From positions 1 to 64,000 of the forward strand of contig CAWHDT010000009.1 in NCBI GenBank assembly GCA_963828195.1: a stretch of 64,000 nucleotides of DNA. The letters run 5' to 3'. The notes beneath the pieces are model-generated. The model searched no databases and was not told where the DNA came from. It worked only from the letters and a program-made list of their open reading frames with translations. This DNA is from Candidatus Bathyarchaeota archaeon. Lineage in GTDB: Archaea > Thermoproteota > Bathyarchaeia > Bathyarchaeales > Bathycorpusculaceae. The position numbers and the translations under genes were made by a program. Numbering within the stretch: position 1 is the first letter of the stretch; the number at the start of each line of letters is the position of its first letter. Of this stretch, positions 27,233 to 36,702 are shown one piece after another.

Positions 27233-28597
27233 ATGTCTAAACCAAAAGAATATTCATTTATGACTAAAGATAAACTGATGACTTACACCTTTTTTGCTTT
27301 GCTTATACTTACTGTCGTCACGGCTGCTATTTGGTCAACCGACACTACCCACTCGGGCTGGAACTTGGGCCTTACCGTTGGCTTATGCGCTTTAATCTCC
27401 GTCGGTATCGCCGTAGGGTTAGACGCCCTTCTGCATAAAGTTGCAAGCGATAGCCCACTTAACATAATGTCTGCTGCTGTTTTCGGCTTCATCGTCACTG
27501 ACTGCTACACACTTGGTCTCCCTGTAATGCGTACAGTTGAGCTATTTCCTCTGGAGGCACCTCAATGCTTCGTCTTTGTCGCCCTAATGTCAATGATAGG
27601 CTTAGTTCTTTTCAAGAAGATCGTCGGCATATCAGGTAGAAAATACGTGAATCCTGCTGCAGCTGCAAAATTCGTGGTCATGATTCCTTTTATCGGCACT
27701 TTGCTAATAGCAGTTGACCACCTGAAAAGCTCTGCTCTTGGCGTACCCTCACTGGCAGGTCCAATTGGCTTAGCAAGCCCGGTAAATCACAACGGTTTGA
27801 ACGGCTTTGGAGCATATATGATCAGCTGCTTCTCAAACGCCAACCATGCGGCTCCCGCAGCAACAAACAACAATTTGCTTATGACAATGTTTCTAGAGCA
27901 GTTCCATGACTGGGCTGGCGGAGCATGCGCTCTTGCAGTTATCATTGTCGGCATCGGCTTCTTTATTGTCGCCCGCAGATACATAAAATGGAGAATAACC
28001 TTAAGCTACATCGTAACCACTGCCGTGATGTCGCTGATTCTGTCTGCTGCTTATGGTGACACAGACTACATTGTGCGATTAACGTTCCTTCTGCTCATCG
28101 GAGCCTCGATATTCTTAGCGTTCTTTATGATAACTGATCCTGCAACCACACCAATAACATACACTGGACAGTTGATCTTCGGAGTCGGCGTAGCAGTATT
28201 AACTGTGCTCATGATAACCTACATGCAGTTCTTCGGCGCATCCTTCGTAGCCCTGTTGATCATGAACTTAACCGTACCGTTTCTTGACAAAGTTGGCACA
28301 CTCAAACCCACAACTGAAAGCAAAGAACCTAAACTGCCTAAAGCTAAAGCATTTGCCGCTGACAAAGTAAAAGAGTACCAATGCATGAGATGCGGGGCTT
28401 GCATGCGCGTATGCTGCCACAAACTTAGCCCGATACTAATTAAGCAAGCATTTGACAAAATGAACATCGATGCCATGATTAAGCTGCACGCGGACTACTG
28501 CACTGGCTGCGGACACTGCACTTATGTTTGCCCCTCAAGAATCGACCTAAGAAAAGCGGTTCTACAATCAAAAGGCATGCTGAGACAACAAGAATAA
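27233..28597 (+). CDS. RnfD/NqrB-family membrane protein fused to a 2x[4Fe-4S] domain
   Basis: NPAAAA, AFFMITDPATTP; C-terminal CMRCGACMRVC and CTGCGHCTYVCPS. Confidence 0.8.
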   Translation: MSKPKEYSFMTKDKLMTYTFFALLILTVVTAAIWSTDTTHSGWNLGLTVGLCALISVGIAVGLDALLHKVASDSPLNIMSAAVFGFIVTDCYTLGLPVMRTVELFPLEAPQCFVFVALMSMIGLVLFKKIVGISGRKYVNPAAAAKFVVMIPFIGTLLIAVDHLKSSALGVPSLAGPIGLASPVNHNGLNGFGAYMISCFSNANHAAPAATNNNLLMTMFLEQFHDWAGGACALAVIIVGIGFFIVARRYIKWRITLSYIVTTAVMSLILSAAYGDTDYIVRLTFLLLIGASIFLAFFMITDPATTPITYTGQLIFGVGVAVLTVLMITYMQFFGASFVALLIMNLTVPFLDKVGTLKPTTESKEPKLPKAKAFAADKVKEYQCMRCGACMRVCCHKLSPILIKQAFDKMNIDAMIKLHADYCTGCGHCTYVCPSRIDLRKAVLQSKGMLRQQE

Positions 28598-28599
28598 AC

Positions 28600-28632
28600 T
28601 TCATTTCCTCTCTCTTTTCTTTATTTTCTTTT
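28600..28632 (+). terminator. Pyrimidine/T-rich terminator
   Basis: T/C tract immediately after the stop codon. Confidence 0.45.
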
Positions 28633-28775
28633 AACCCAATAGAGTTTTGGAAGAGCCTTCTTTTCTGACGCTTTGCGTTTCTATATATTTTTAGTCTCTT
28701 AGGCGTTGTATGTCAAGCTTGCAAGCATTAAGCTTATTAACATGCCACCACGTAAAATAAGTCAAGGGATAAAAA

Positions 28776-29450
28776 TTGGAAACAGAAAAATTTAAACTAA
28801 TCGACATATTCTACGGCATAGTCATACCCATAATTCTGGTGCTGCTGATCTTCTTCCTCGGCATATACATTAACCCCGGCGGAACCCACCACATACTCGG
28901 AACTGCCGGCACACTCGGTACCATCGGTGTCATTCTGACTGACGGCTTTGCTTCAATGATTGTTCTCGGAGTTCCACTAGTGTTAGGCTTGCTGTGGAAC
29001 AAATGGGCAGGCGGCGCAGCGGGCTTCATCATGGGCGGCATATACTACGTAGCTAGCGCAGGGCTCTACACAGGGTATTATGAAACTTCTTCTGGGCATT
29101 ACAACTTTTTCGGCGACATGAGCGTGTTAGGATACCTCGTTTGCGCTATTGTCATCGGTTACATGGCTGGAGCTTTGAACAATAAATCAACGAATTTCAT
29201 GCGAATGCTAGGAGCAGGCATGACGGCTGCTGTGATAACTGCAGTGATCCAAGCTTATCTCAACTACACTGTTTCACTTTCGCCAGCAATGTCGATGAAC
29301 CATGCAAATTGGGCATCCACACAACTATTCGGAATAGCTGGAGCGTATGCCTTCGTGTTAGCCTTTATTCCGAACATTGCTTTAGGAGTAATAGTTCCTG
29401 TTATTGCTAAAGTGATGACGTGGTATGGGCTACAGCCGATGAGGCATTAA
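28776..29450 (+). CDS. Membrane protein, ECF S-component-like
   Basis: About 6 TM, GLLWNKWAGGAAG resembles the S-component G..G...G motif. Confidence 0.45.
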   Translation: METEKFKLIDIFYGIVIPIILVLLIFFLGIYINPGGTHHILGTAGTLGTIGVILTDGFASMIVLGVPLVLGLLWNKWAGGAAGFIMGGIYYVASAGLYTGYYETSSGHYNFFGDMSVLGYLVCAIVIGYMAGALNNKSTNFMRMLGAGMTAAVITAVIQAYLNYTVSLSPAMSMNHANWASTQLFGIAGAYAFVLAFIPNIALGVIVPVIAKVMTWYGLQPMRH

Positions 29451-29643
29451 TCCCACTCTCTTTTCTTTTTTAATCCATCTATTATTTTATAATTTCCACT
29501 TTAAATTACATTTTCCGCTTCATATTAAATCGCGAATCTGCCTGTTAATTTGGTGCAGACGTAATTATGCTTATTTGCACTTTAGAATTTAGCTTCATTA
29601 ACAGGCAAAGGAATTGAGAAATTGAAAAAGAGGAATTGAAAAA

Positions 29644-30945
29644 CTACGTTTTGTTAGGTGCGAATTCCCAAGCAATGTTTCCCTTCCAAATCTCGCCTAA
29701 CTTTGTTATCCTGACCTCTTTGTCATCAATTTCTATTAGCCCTTCGTCTTTTAGTTTTTGAAGTTGCTTTGGAAAAACTTTTTCTGGTGTGGTTCCGAAT
29801 TTTTGCATAAATTCTTTTTTGCTAACTGGCAACCTCAGGTACAATCGGGTCATTGTCCGCCTCATCATATCTTCATTTGTTGACTCTGAAAGTCTACTGA
29901 TAGGCAGTTTTCCAGCTTTTACAGTCGCCATGTAATCATTTATGTTTTCAATGTTCGAGTAGGAGAACCGCTGAAGATACCCCATGAAGCAGCCCGCACC
30001 CGTTGTCAATATGCCTCCCCATGGCCATCCGTTGAGGCAGTTTTCTCGCATGTGCCATTCTACTCGGCTAAAGCGGTCGTGACCTACTGCTTTGTAGCCT
30101 GCTTCCGTCAACATTTTGTAGGCCGTAATGTACATCTGTTTTTCGTATTCTGCGTCGCCTGTCGGCGGAGAAACTCCTGTTTTAATCATTTTTTCAAGCG
30201 TAGTTCCGGGATCAACATGCAACGAGTAAGTGTCGATCTCCACGTCAAGTTCAATTGTTTTCTTAAGCGTGTTGATCCAGCTTTCCATAGTTTGCCCTGG
30301 AAGGTTATACATAAGATCCACGCATACACACAAATTCAGTTTTCTCGCATGCCGAACTGCTTTTTCAACATCCGCAGCGGTGTCAGGCAAGCAAAGCATC
30401 TTCCTCAGTTTATCGTCGAATGTTTGCGCACCCATATCCACTTGGTACACGCCGTACTCGGCGAGTTGGTCAATTTTTTTGAGTGCCAGAGTCTTTGATG
30501 ATCCTGTTACTTTGATGAAGTACTCTTTGTTAATGTTGAAGTTTGCCTTGCAGAAGTCTATTAGGTCAATCATCTGCTCAGCAGTCAAGACGCTTGGTGT
30601 TCCGCCGCCCAAAACTATTTCATCAAAAACACTTGTCTTAACATACTTAGTTTTAGCGTACATCTCGAGCTCTTTTTTGAGCAGCTCAAGGTAAGGCTCA
30701 ATCTTCACCTTGCTTGTAGCCGTGGTTGGAAAGTAGCAAAAAGCACATTTTGAGTCGCAAACCGAAATCCATGGCTGCAACTCCATTAATCTGCCTGAGG
30801 TATTCTCGGTGGTCAGGAATTCCTTGAATGCTTCGTACGTTTCGGGTTTTATGTCTGGGTAATCCCTGTAAGTGTACGGCGGCCAATTTTCACGTGAACT
30901 ATAAACTTCTTGCGTGCTTTTATCAAGCTCAGCGGTCTTTGTCAT
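29644..30945 (-). CDS. HemN-like (class C) radical SAM protein
   Basis: PWISVCDSKCAFC, GGGTPS, GAQTF, DLMYNLPGQT, C-terminal HemN_C-like region. Confidence 0.85.
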   Translation of the reverse strand: MTKTAELDKSTQEVYSSRENWPPYTYRDYPDIKPETYEAFKEFLTTENTSGRLMELQPWISVCDSKCAFCYFPTTATSKVKIEPYLELLKKELEMYAKTKYVKTSVFDEIVLGGGTPSVLTAEQMIDLIDFCKANFNINKEYFIKVTGSSKTLALKKIDQLAEYGVYQVDMGAQTFDDKLRKMLCLPDTAADVEKAVRHARKLNLCVCVDLMYNLPGQTMESWINTLKKTIELDVEIDTYSLHVDPGTTLEKMIKTGVSPPTGDAEYEKQMYITAYKMLTEAGYKAVGHDRFSRVEWHMRENCLNGWPWGGILTTGAGCFMGYLQRFSYSNIENINDYMATVKAGKLPISRLSESTNEDMMRRTMTRLYLRLPVSKKEFMQKFGTTPEKVFPKQLQKLKDEGLIEIDDKEVRITKLGEIWKGNIAWEFAPNKT

Positions 30946-31057
30946 GGTATCTCCTCAGTTTATCGTTAGAAACGGTTCGATAAAGTAATAAAGTTTCCGT
31001 AAAAACGCCTCTTCTCGCAAAAAAGTTGGCGAAAGCTTGCTGCATTTTGCATAGCGG

Positions 31058-32461
31058 TTAAACGAGAGTTTTTGCTCGCCAAAGATTATAGTTCACGGCT
31101 GTTCGCGTCATTATTTTGCTGTACAAGTTGCCTTTAACGTATCCTTTGACGGCTTGACGCAGAATGTATCGGGGGCTATAGAATTTATCGTAAAAGTTTT
31201 TCCTCATAAGCGCAATCTGCTTCGCGGGCAAAAGCGGATCCTCAAAAATGGGGTTCATTGTGTTGTATAGTTTCCAGTCATCCGACATTTTCCAGCCATA
31301 GCTCTCCACTAAAGCCCGCAGCTCAGTTCCCAAATAAGGCGTTGCGTGGCATAACCATACGTCGTCGGGTTCCACCCTGCGAACAAAATCGAGGCTTTCC
31401 TGCAGGTCCTCTTTTGTTTCGCCAGGGTACCCCAAAATAACGGATACAGTGACGAACATTCCTGCTTCTTTAGCCCATTTAATCGCGTTTTCACACTGCG
31501 GCGTCGTAACTCTTTTTTTCAGCACATCCCGCATCCTTTGGCAGCCTGACTCCACGCCAAACATCGTTTCATTGCAGTGCGCCTTGCTCATTTTAGCTAA
31601 AACTTCTTTTGTAACCACGTCAACTCTGGTTCCGCAGCCCCACGGCAAATTTATTTTCCGCTCAATAATTCCGTCGCAAATATCCATTGTTCTTTTCTTG
31701 TCAAAAGTCAACGTGTCATCTTGAAACGCTATCCCTTCTGCCCCATACTTGTCCCTGAGCCACTCCATTTCATCGAGCACGTTTTTTGTGCTTCTTGCCC
31801 TGAATCTTGCGCCGAACATTTGAGATGCAACGCAAAAAGAGCATTGGAACGGGCAGCCTCTGCTGGACATTATCGGAAGAAGTTTCCTTCCCGCTATCCA
31901 GTATTTTTCGATTGGCAAATATTTGTAGGCTGGAAGCGGAAGCGCATCTAAATCTTGAATGTATGGCCTGTTCTGGGTCTGAATGATTTCGGCGTCTTTT
32001 CGGAAAGTTATGCCCTTTACGACATCAATTTTTGAGAAGTCAGATGGTTGCTTGGCCAACTCTACAATTGTTTCTTCTCCCTCGCCTCTTACGATGACAT
32101 CGACTGATTTTTCGTCGTTGAGGATTTGTTTGTCGGCGAAGGTGGCGTGGGGACCTCCCATTACAACTTTGGCTTGGGGGCAAGCTTCTTTGGCGACACG
32201 GGCGGATTTGAGGGCTGACTCTATCGTCGGCGTCATAGATCCGATTCCGACTATTGTAGGCTGGAAAGCCTCCAGTTCAGTTTTGAGTTTTTCATGGTTT
32301 ATTTGGCATGCTGGGCAATCAAAAATTTTGACTTCAAAACCGTTTTGTTCAAGCACAGCCGCCATGTACGCTAAACCAAGCGGCGGAAAAAGCGGGTGAT
32401 GAGCGACTCCTTCAATGAGTGGTGTAGTAACCAGCGCAATCTTGGTTTTGTTTGTCGTCAT
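31058..32461 (-). CDS. B12-binding radical SAM protein (paralog of 17612)
   Basis: PPLGLAY, GGPHAT, SRGCPFQCSFC, FQDD, GVESG, ILGYPGET. Confidence 0.92.
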   Translation of the reverse strand: MTTNKTKIALVTTPLIEGVAHHPLFPPLGLAYMAAVLEQNGFEVKIFDCPACQINHEKLKTELEAFQPTIVGIGSMTPTIESALKSARVAKEACPQAKVVMGGPHATFADKQILNDEKSVDVIVRGEGEETIVELAKQPSDFSKIDVVKGITFRKDAEIIQTQNRPYIQDLDALPLPAYKYLPIEKYWIAGRKLLPIMSSRGCPFQCSFCVASQMFGARFRARSTKNVLDEMEWLRDKYGAEGIAFQDDTLTFDKKRTMDICDGIIERKINLPWGCGTRVDVVTKEVLAKMSKAHCNETMFGVESGCQRMRDVLKKRVTTPQCENAIKWAKEAGMFVTVSVILGYPGETKEDLQESLDFVRRVEPDDVWLCHATPYLGTELRALVESYGWKMSDDWKLYNTMNPIFEDPLLPAKQIALMRKNFYDKFYSPRYILRQAVKGYVKGNLYSKIMTRTAVNYNLWRAKTLV

Positions 32462-32791
32462 CAGTATACACGTTGACTAAGATTTCTTGAATGACTATTC
32501 ATTCTGGTGCAATAGGCTTAGGCAATGTTGTTTTAAGATTTTAAGTTTATGCTAAACAAAAAATTCCAGCCAGAATCGGCTGAACAGGAGCTTAAGCCTG
32601 TCGTTCAGAATGTTTTGAACAGGCCCGGTACCGCGGTGAGCGGATAAGTAGACCAGCTAACGTCGAAGAATTCCCCCTAAACTAAGAAACCACTTCAAAG
32701 CAAACCCTGAATCCAAGCAGCCTACCCTAGACCTACCCTATGAGGAGGTCTAGTATTTGTGCCAAAAAAACGCCACAAATATGGCATGCAG

Positions 32792-32891
32792 GAAGAAGAA
32801 GAAGAAAAATTGTTTTCATCAGCTTCTTCTTCTTTTAAAAAAATGTTGCCGAGAAGAACAACAGTCGTTTTCCGGGTGTTGTTGTTCTTTT
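32792..32891. repeat. Two tandem GAAGAA/TTCTT palindromic hairpins (REP-like family)
   Basis: 32792-32836 and 32851-32891; a related copy lies at 48401-48448. Confidence 0.6.
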
Positions 32892-32895
32892 AAAA

Positions 32896-35157
32896 TTAAC
32901 AATTAGAAATTGTTGGCTTCTGCCTCTTTTTATAAAGAACTATTGCTAACAGCGCTGTAGCCAATATTATTGCCACAGCCAAAATTGCTGAAATAAGAAC
33001 TGGGAATGGCATTGGATGAGATTGTGTGCTGACAAGAGAACCGAAAGCGTAGAGAAAATGGTTGTATGAACCAATGTAAACTACATTGTCAGCGATCGCT
33101 GGCGAAGAAACAACCATTGCGCCAGTTAAGTAGCTCCAGATGTAGGCGCCGTTCTCGGCGTTTAGGGCATAGACGTTTCCATCGTACGAGCCGACATAAA
33201 CAACTCCATCTGCAACAGCGGGCGACGAAGCCACTTCTCCTCCAGTCGCGAAGCTCCAAACTAGCTTGCCGTCGTCTGCGTTTAGGGCGTAAACTTTGTC
33301 GTCTGCTGAACCTACGTAAACTAACCCGTTTGCGATGGCGGGTGATGAAGCAACAGAGCCTCCTGTGGTGAAATTCCAGACAAGGCGCCCCGACGCGGCG
33401 TTTAAAGCATAAGTTTTGTTGTCGTATGAACCCACGTAGACTAAGCCGTTGGCGATTGCTGGAGAAGAAATAACGTAGCCTCCTGTAGCGTATTTCCAGA
33501 CAAGAGCGCCGGTGGCGGCATTCAAACAATAAATGTTGTCATCGTTTGACCCCACATATATTCTGCCGTTTGAGACGGCTGGAGAGGACACCGCGATAAC
33601 CCCGCCTGTAGTGTACTTCCAAATAAGGTCGCCGCTGGACGCTTTTAGGGCGTAAACGCTGTCGTCTTCTGAACCCACGTAAACTACGCCGTTATCCACT
33701 GCAGGGGAAGAAACAACGGGGCCGCCTGTTCTGTAGCTCCAAATGTACGCTCCTGTCGTAGCGTTTAGTGCGTAAACATTGTCGTCGTATGAACCGACAT
33801 AGACTACTCCGTCGGCAACGGCTGGCGAAGAAAACAGTATCATGCCGCCAGTCGCGTAGCTCCACACAACGCTGTTATGCATTTCCAGATTGAAACCCAC
33901 CATGCCCGTCGAAGCATTCAAAGCATACACCACGCCGTTATGAGAACCGACGTAGACTAAACCAGCTGCAACAGCAGGGGATGAATCTATTTCGCCACCA
34001 GTTGCGTAGCTCCAAACCAAGCCGCCGTCCAAAGCGTCTAAGGCGTAAATCTTGCCATCCCACGAACCAACATAAACTACACCTCCGGAAACAGCAGGAC
34101 GAGAAATCACTATGTCACCTGTCAGGTAGCTCCACAAGAGCTCCCCGTTTGCCTCATTTAACGCGTAAACTTTGTCATCTTCAGATCCAACAAAAACTGC
34201 TCCGTCGGCAACTGTCGGAGAAGACGCCACGCTGCCTCCTGTTGTGAATTTCCAAATAGAGCTGCCGTTTGACGCGTTTAAAGCGTAGACGTTTTGGTCA
34301 TCTGAGCCTACATAGACAACGCCGTTATCGACAGCTGGCGACGACTCTACTGGACCGCCCGTTTTATAGCTCCAAAAATAAGCCCCCGTCGTTGCGTTTA
34401 AAGCATAAACGTTGTCGTCGTCTGAGCCAACGTACACTATTCCATTTGCAAAGGCTGGGGAAGAAGCTACTTCAGCATTTGTGGTAAAGTTCCAGAGTAG
34501 TTCGCCGTCTGTAGCGTTTAAAGCGTAAATCTTTTGGTCTAATGAGCCGATGTACACTGTGTCTTGGTTTACTGTGACTGCGGCGGAGGACAACATGATT
34601 TGGGCGTTTGTTTGGTAGCTCCAAATGTATTGGCCTGTGGTGGCGTTCAAAGCGTAAACTTTGGTGTCTTCCGAGCCGAAGTAAACTACTCCGTTGGCGA
34701 CAACGGGATCTGAATCCACGTAGTATCCTGTGGTGTAATTCCACAGTTGGACACCGTCAGCAGCTTCAAAAGCGTAGAGATTGTGGTCTTCAGAACCTAC
34801 ATAAACTACGCCGTTAGCCACAGCAGGACGAGAAATAACAACGCCACCAGTGGTTGAATTCCAAATTAGCGCTCCGTTAGAGGCGTTAAAAGCGTAAATG
34901 TTGTGGTCATAGGAACCCACGTACACAACGCCCCCAAACACGTTGGCTGAACCAACTTGGCCGCCAGTGTTAAATTCCCATAGAGTTTCGTTTGTATCTG
35001 GAGCCGCCGTATTTGAATAGCCCGTGTGCGCAACAATATTGTGAAACATAGGCCAACCTGTGTTCAGCTGGACAGCTGCGGAAACAAAGCTCCCTGCGAC
35101 GCCTGCGGCTAAAAAAAGCACTATTAAGGTGAGACAAATAACGGTTTTTTCCTTCAT
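32896..35157 (-). CDS. Secreted, TM-anchored PQQ-type (BamB-like) beta-propeller repeat protein
   Basis: Signal peptide, WPMF start, 16 SSPAV..GVVYVGS.D..VYALNA..G..W repeats, C-terminal TM + basic tail. Confidence 0.9.
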   Translation of the reverse strand: MKEKTVICLTLIVLFLAAGVAGSFVSAAVQLNTGWPMFHNIVAHTGYSNTAAPDTNETLWEFNTGGQVGSANVFGGVVYVGSYDHNIYAFNASNGALIWNSTTGGVVISRPAVANGVVYVGSEDHNLYAFEAADGVQLWNYTTGYYVDSDPVVANGVVYFGSEDTKVYALNATTGQYIWSYQTNAQIMLSSAAVTVNQDTVYIGSLDQKIYALNATDGELLWNFTTNAEVASSPAFANGIVYVGSDDDNVYALNATTGAYFWSYKTGGPVESSPAVDNGVVYVGSDDQNVYALNASNGSSIWKFTTGGSVASSPTVADGAVFVGSEDDKVYALNEANGELLWSYLTGDIVISRPAVSGGVVYVGSWDGKIYALDALDGGLVWSYATGGEIDSSPAVAAGLVYVGSHNGVVYALNASTGMVGFNLEMHNSVVWSYATGGMILFSSPAVADGVVYVGSYDDNVYALNATTGAYIWSYRTGGPVVSSPAVDNGVVYVGSEDDSVYALKASSGDLIWKYTTGGVIAVSSPAVSNGRIYVGSNDDNIYCLNAATGALVWKYATGGYVISSPAIANGLVYVGSYDNKTYALNAASGRLVWNFTTGGSVASSPAIANGLVYVGSADDKVYALNADDGKLVWSFATGGEVASSPAVADGVVYVGSYDGNVYALNAENGAYIWSYLTGAMVVSSPAIADNVVYIGSYNHFLYAFGSLVSTQSHPMPFPVLISAILAVAIILATALLAIVLYKKRQKPTISNC

Positions 35158-35340
35158 CTTTTTCTCCTTGCAGCCTAGCTTGGCGTTTTTTGGGTTCTAG
35201 TGAATCGAGACAGAGGTTTAAACATACAGTTAAGCTGCAAGATGATAAATATTTAATTAAATTCTTCCCTCTTGTTGCCGCAATCCTGTAGGATTGATTC
35301 TTCAAAGGCATTTAAAGTCAAAAAGTGGTAGTCACAGCTC

Positions 35341-36702
35341 TTATGAATTGCGGAATTTTTCAAATTCCCGCTTGTACCCGCTCTGTTTCCAGATTAAATC
35401 GTAGGAGTTGTGTTCGGGGTCAAGCTTGTTGATTATCTCGGTGAAGTCGTCGGGGACAATTAGGATGAGGCAGAAATAGTCGCTGTAGAGTTTTCGGAAT
35501 CTTGATAGTTTGAACAGGAATTCTCTGAGGTAGTTTTTGACGCCGTGAGGTTCAAGCAAAACTTTTCGGCCATTGTTCGTTAATTGTGGCAGGAAAAAGT
35601 CTGGTTTGTAGGTTAATGACCGATCTGTTTTCGGGTTTTCTTTTGATAAACGGAACTCCATAAATTCATAGCTGAACGTCACTTGGTTGTTTTTTAGGAA
35701 GTCGTAGACGTCTTTTTCTAACCCAGTGAACGCTCCGGGCTTAAACGCTTCGCCGGCTTTGTTGTAGTGAGAAACAACCGTTAAGTACTGCATAAGCGGC
35801 TGAAGCAGCTCCTCGTATTTTTGGATGAAAAACCGCAGAGACCGCTCCAAAGAAACCTGGGTTAAATCAGAGTTTTCAAGCCATGTCCCCAAAATAAAGA
35901 ATGGAAAATCGACTTTGGCGGGGTCAGCTGGAAAAAGAGAGCGCGCAAAACCCGTTAACCTCTCTGCGTCTCCATCAAACTCTGCCGTGTCATTCCACCA
36001 GCTCTCCGGCGCGTTTTTAACGTTTAACTCAAAGGGCAAGTTCTCGTTATCGCTGAGCCCCAAAGCTGCATAGACTCTGAATTTAGGCGTGCTAAGCGGC
36101 ACCATCAAATCTTTTGGGTTAAAAGGGAAAAGCCCCAAGTCAGGGAAGCTTCGAGTCATCCAGCGCAGATAAAGCCATGACTTCGCCTTGTTTTGTTTAT
36201 TCATCCGTTTTACGGTGTACGAAAGCAGTTCAACGAAGTCTTTTGGCTTGTTTCCTTTTTGACTCAGCTCAGACGTGTACTTCATGAGGTCTCTTTGAGC
36301 TTTCTTTTCTACGAATGCGTTAACCGACGATAATATCTCTGGAATATCCTCTTTCGCTTCCCCCAGCTGATCCAATTTTTTGATTTCTTGCTCAAATTTG
36401 CGAATTTCAACTGAGAATTCAGCGGGATCCTTCGCAGTGTACATTTTAGAGCCGAGTTTAGAGTAAAGGTGGGAAAGCAGCATTCGAATGTTTCTTGGGT
36501 TCCCAGTTAACCTGTTGTCGCTGAGGGATGCAGCAAGCAAAAAATATTGGGCAGCCTCTCTTTTCGCCAAATCATTGTTCAGAGGCATGAACCATGGTTT
36601 AGGATTCAAGTAATGGTCCAGCTCTAAATCAGGGACGCTGCTGTAAATTTGAACGAACCGTGCGATTAGATCTCGTAAACCTTTTGGAACCTCTTGAGTC
36701 AT
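35341..36702 (-). CDS. DUF2400/HhH-glycosylase-like domain fused to a PD-(D/E)XK-like nuclease
   Basis: KSWLYLRWMTR..PDLG......L.VPL....RV..ALGL...DPAKVDFPFF; C-terminal YKPDFFL...LLEPHG; likely start MTQEV. Confidence 0.6.
   Translation of the reverse strand: MTQEVPKGLRDLIARFVQIYSSVPDLELDHYLNPKPWFMPLNNDLAKREAAQYFLLAASLSDNRLTGNPRNIRMLLSHLYSKLGSKMYTAKDPAEFSVEIRKFEQEIKKLDQLGEAKEDIPEILSSVNAFVEKKAQRDLMKYTSELSQKGNKPKDFVELLSYTVKRMNKQNKAKSWLYLRWMTRSFPDLGLFPFNPKDLMVPLSTPKFRVYAALGLSDNENLPFELNVKNAPESWWNDTAEFDGDAERLTGFARSLFPADPAKVDFPFFILGTWLENSDLTQVSLERSLRFFIQKYEELLQPLMQYLTVVSHYNKAGEAFKPGAFTGLEKDVYDFLKNNQVTFSYEFMEFRLSKENPKTDRSLTYKPDFFLPQLTNNGRKVLLEPHGVKNYLREFLFKLSRFRKLYSDYFCLILIVPDDFTEIINKLDPEHNSYDLIWKQSGYKREFEKFRNS

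Noticed and set aside
32470-32760. Cobalamin riboswitch upstream of the B12-radical SAM gene
   Set aside because: The conserved GGGAA...GCCACTG / B12-box motifs are absent.
33060-34990. Regular ~120-bp DNA repeats as a CRISPR array or DGR template
   Set aside because: They are in-frame coding propeller repeats; no cas or reverse transcriptase gene and no adenine-specific variation noticed.
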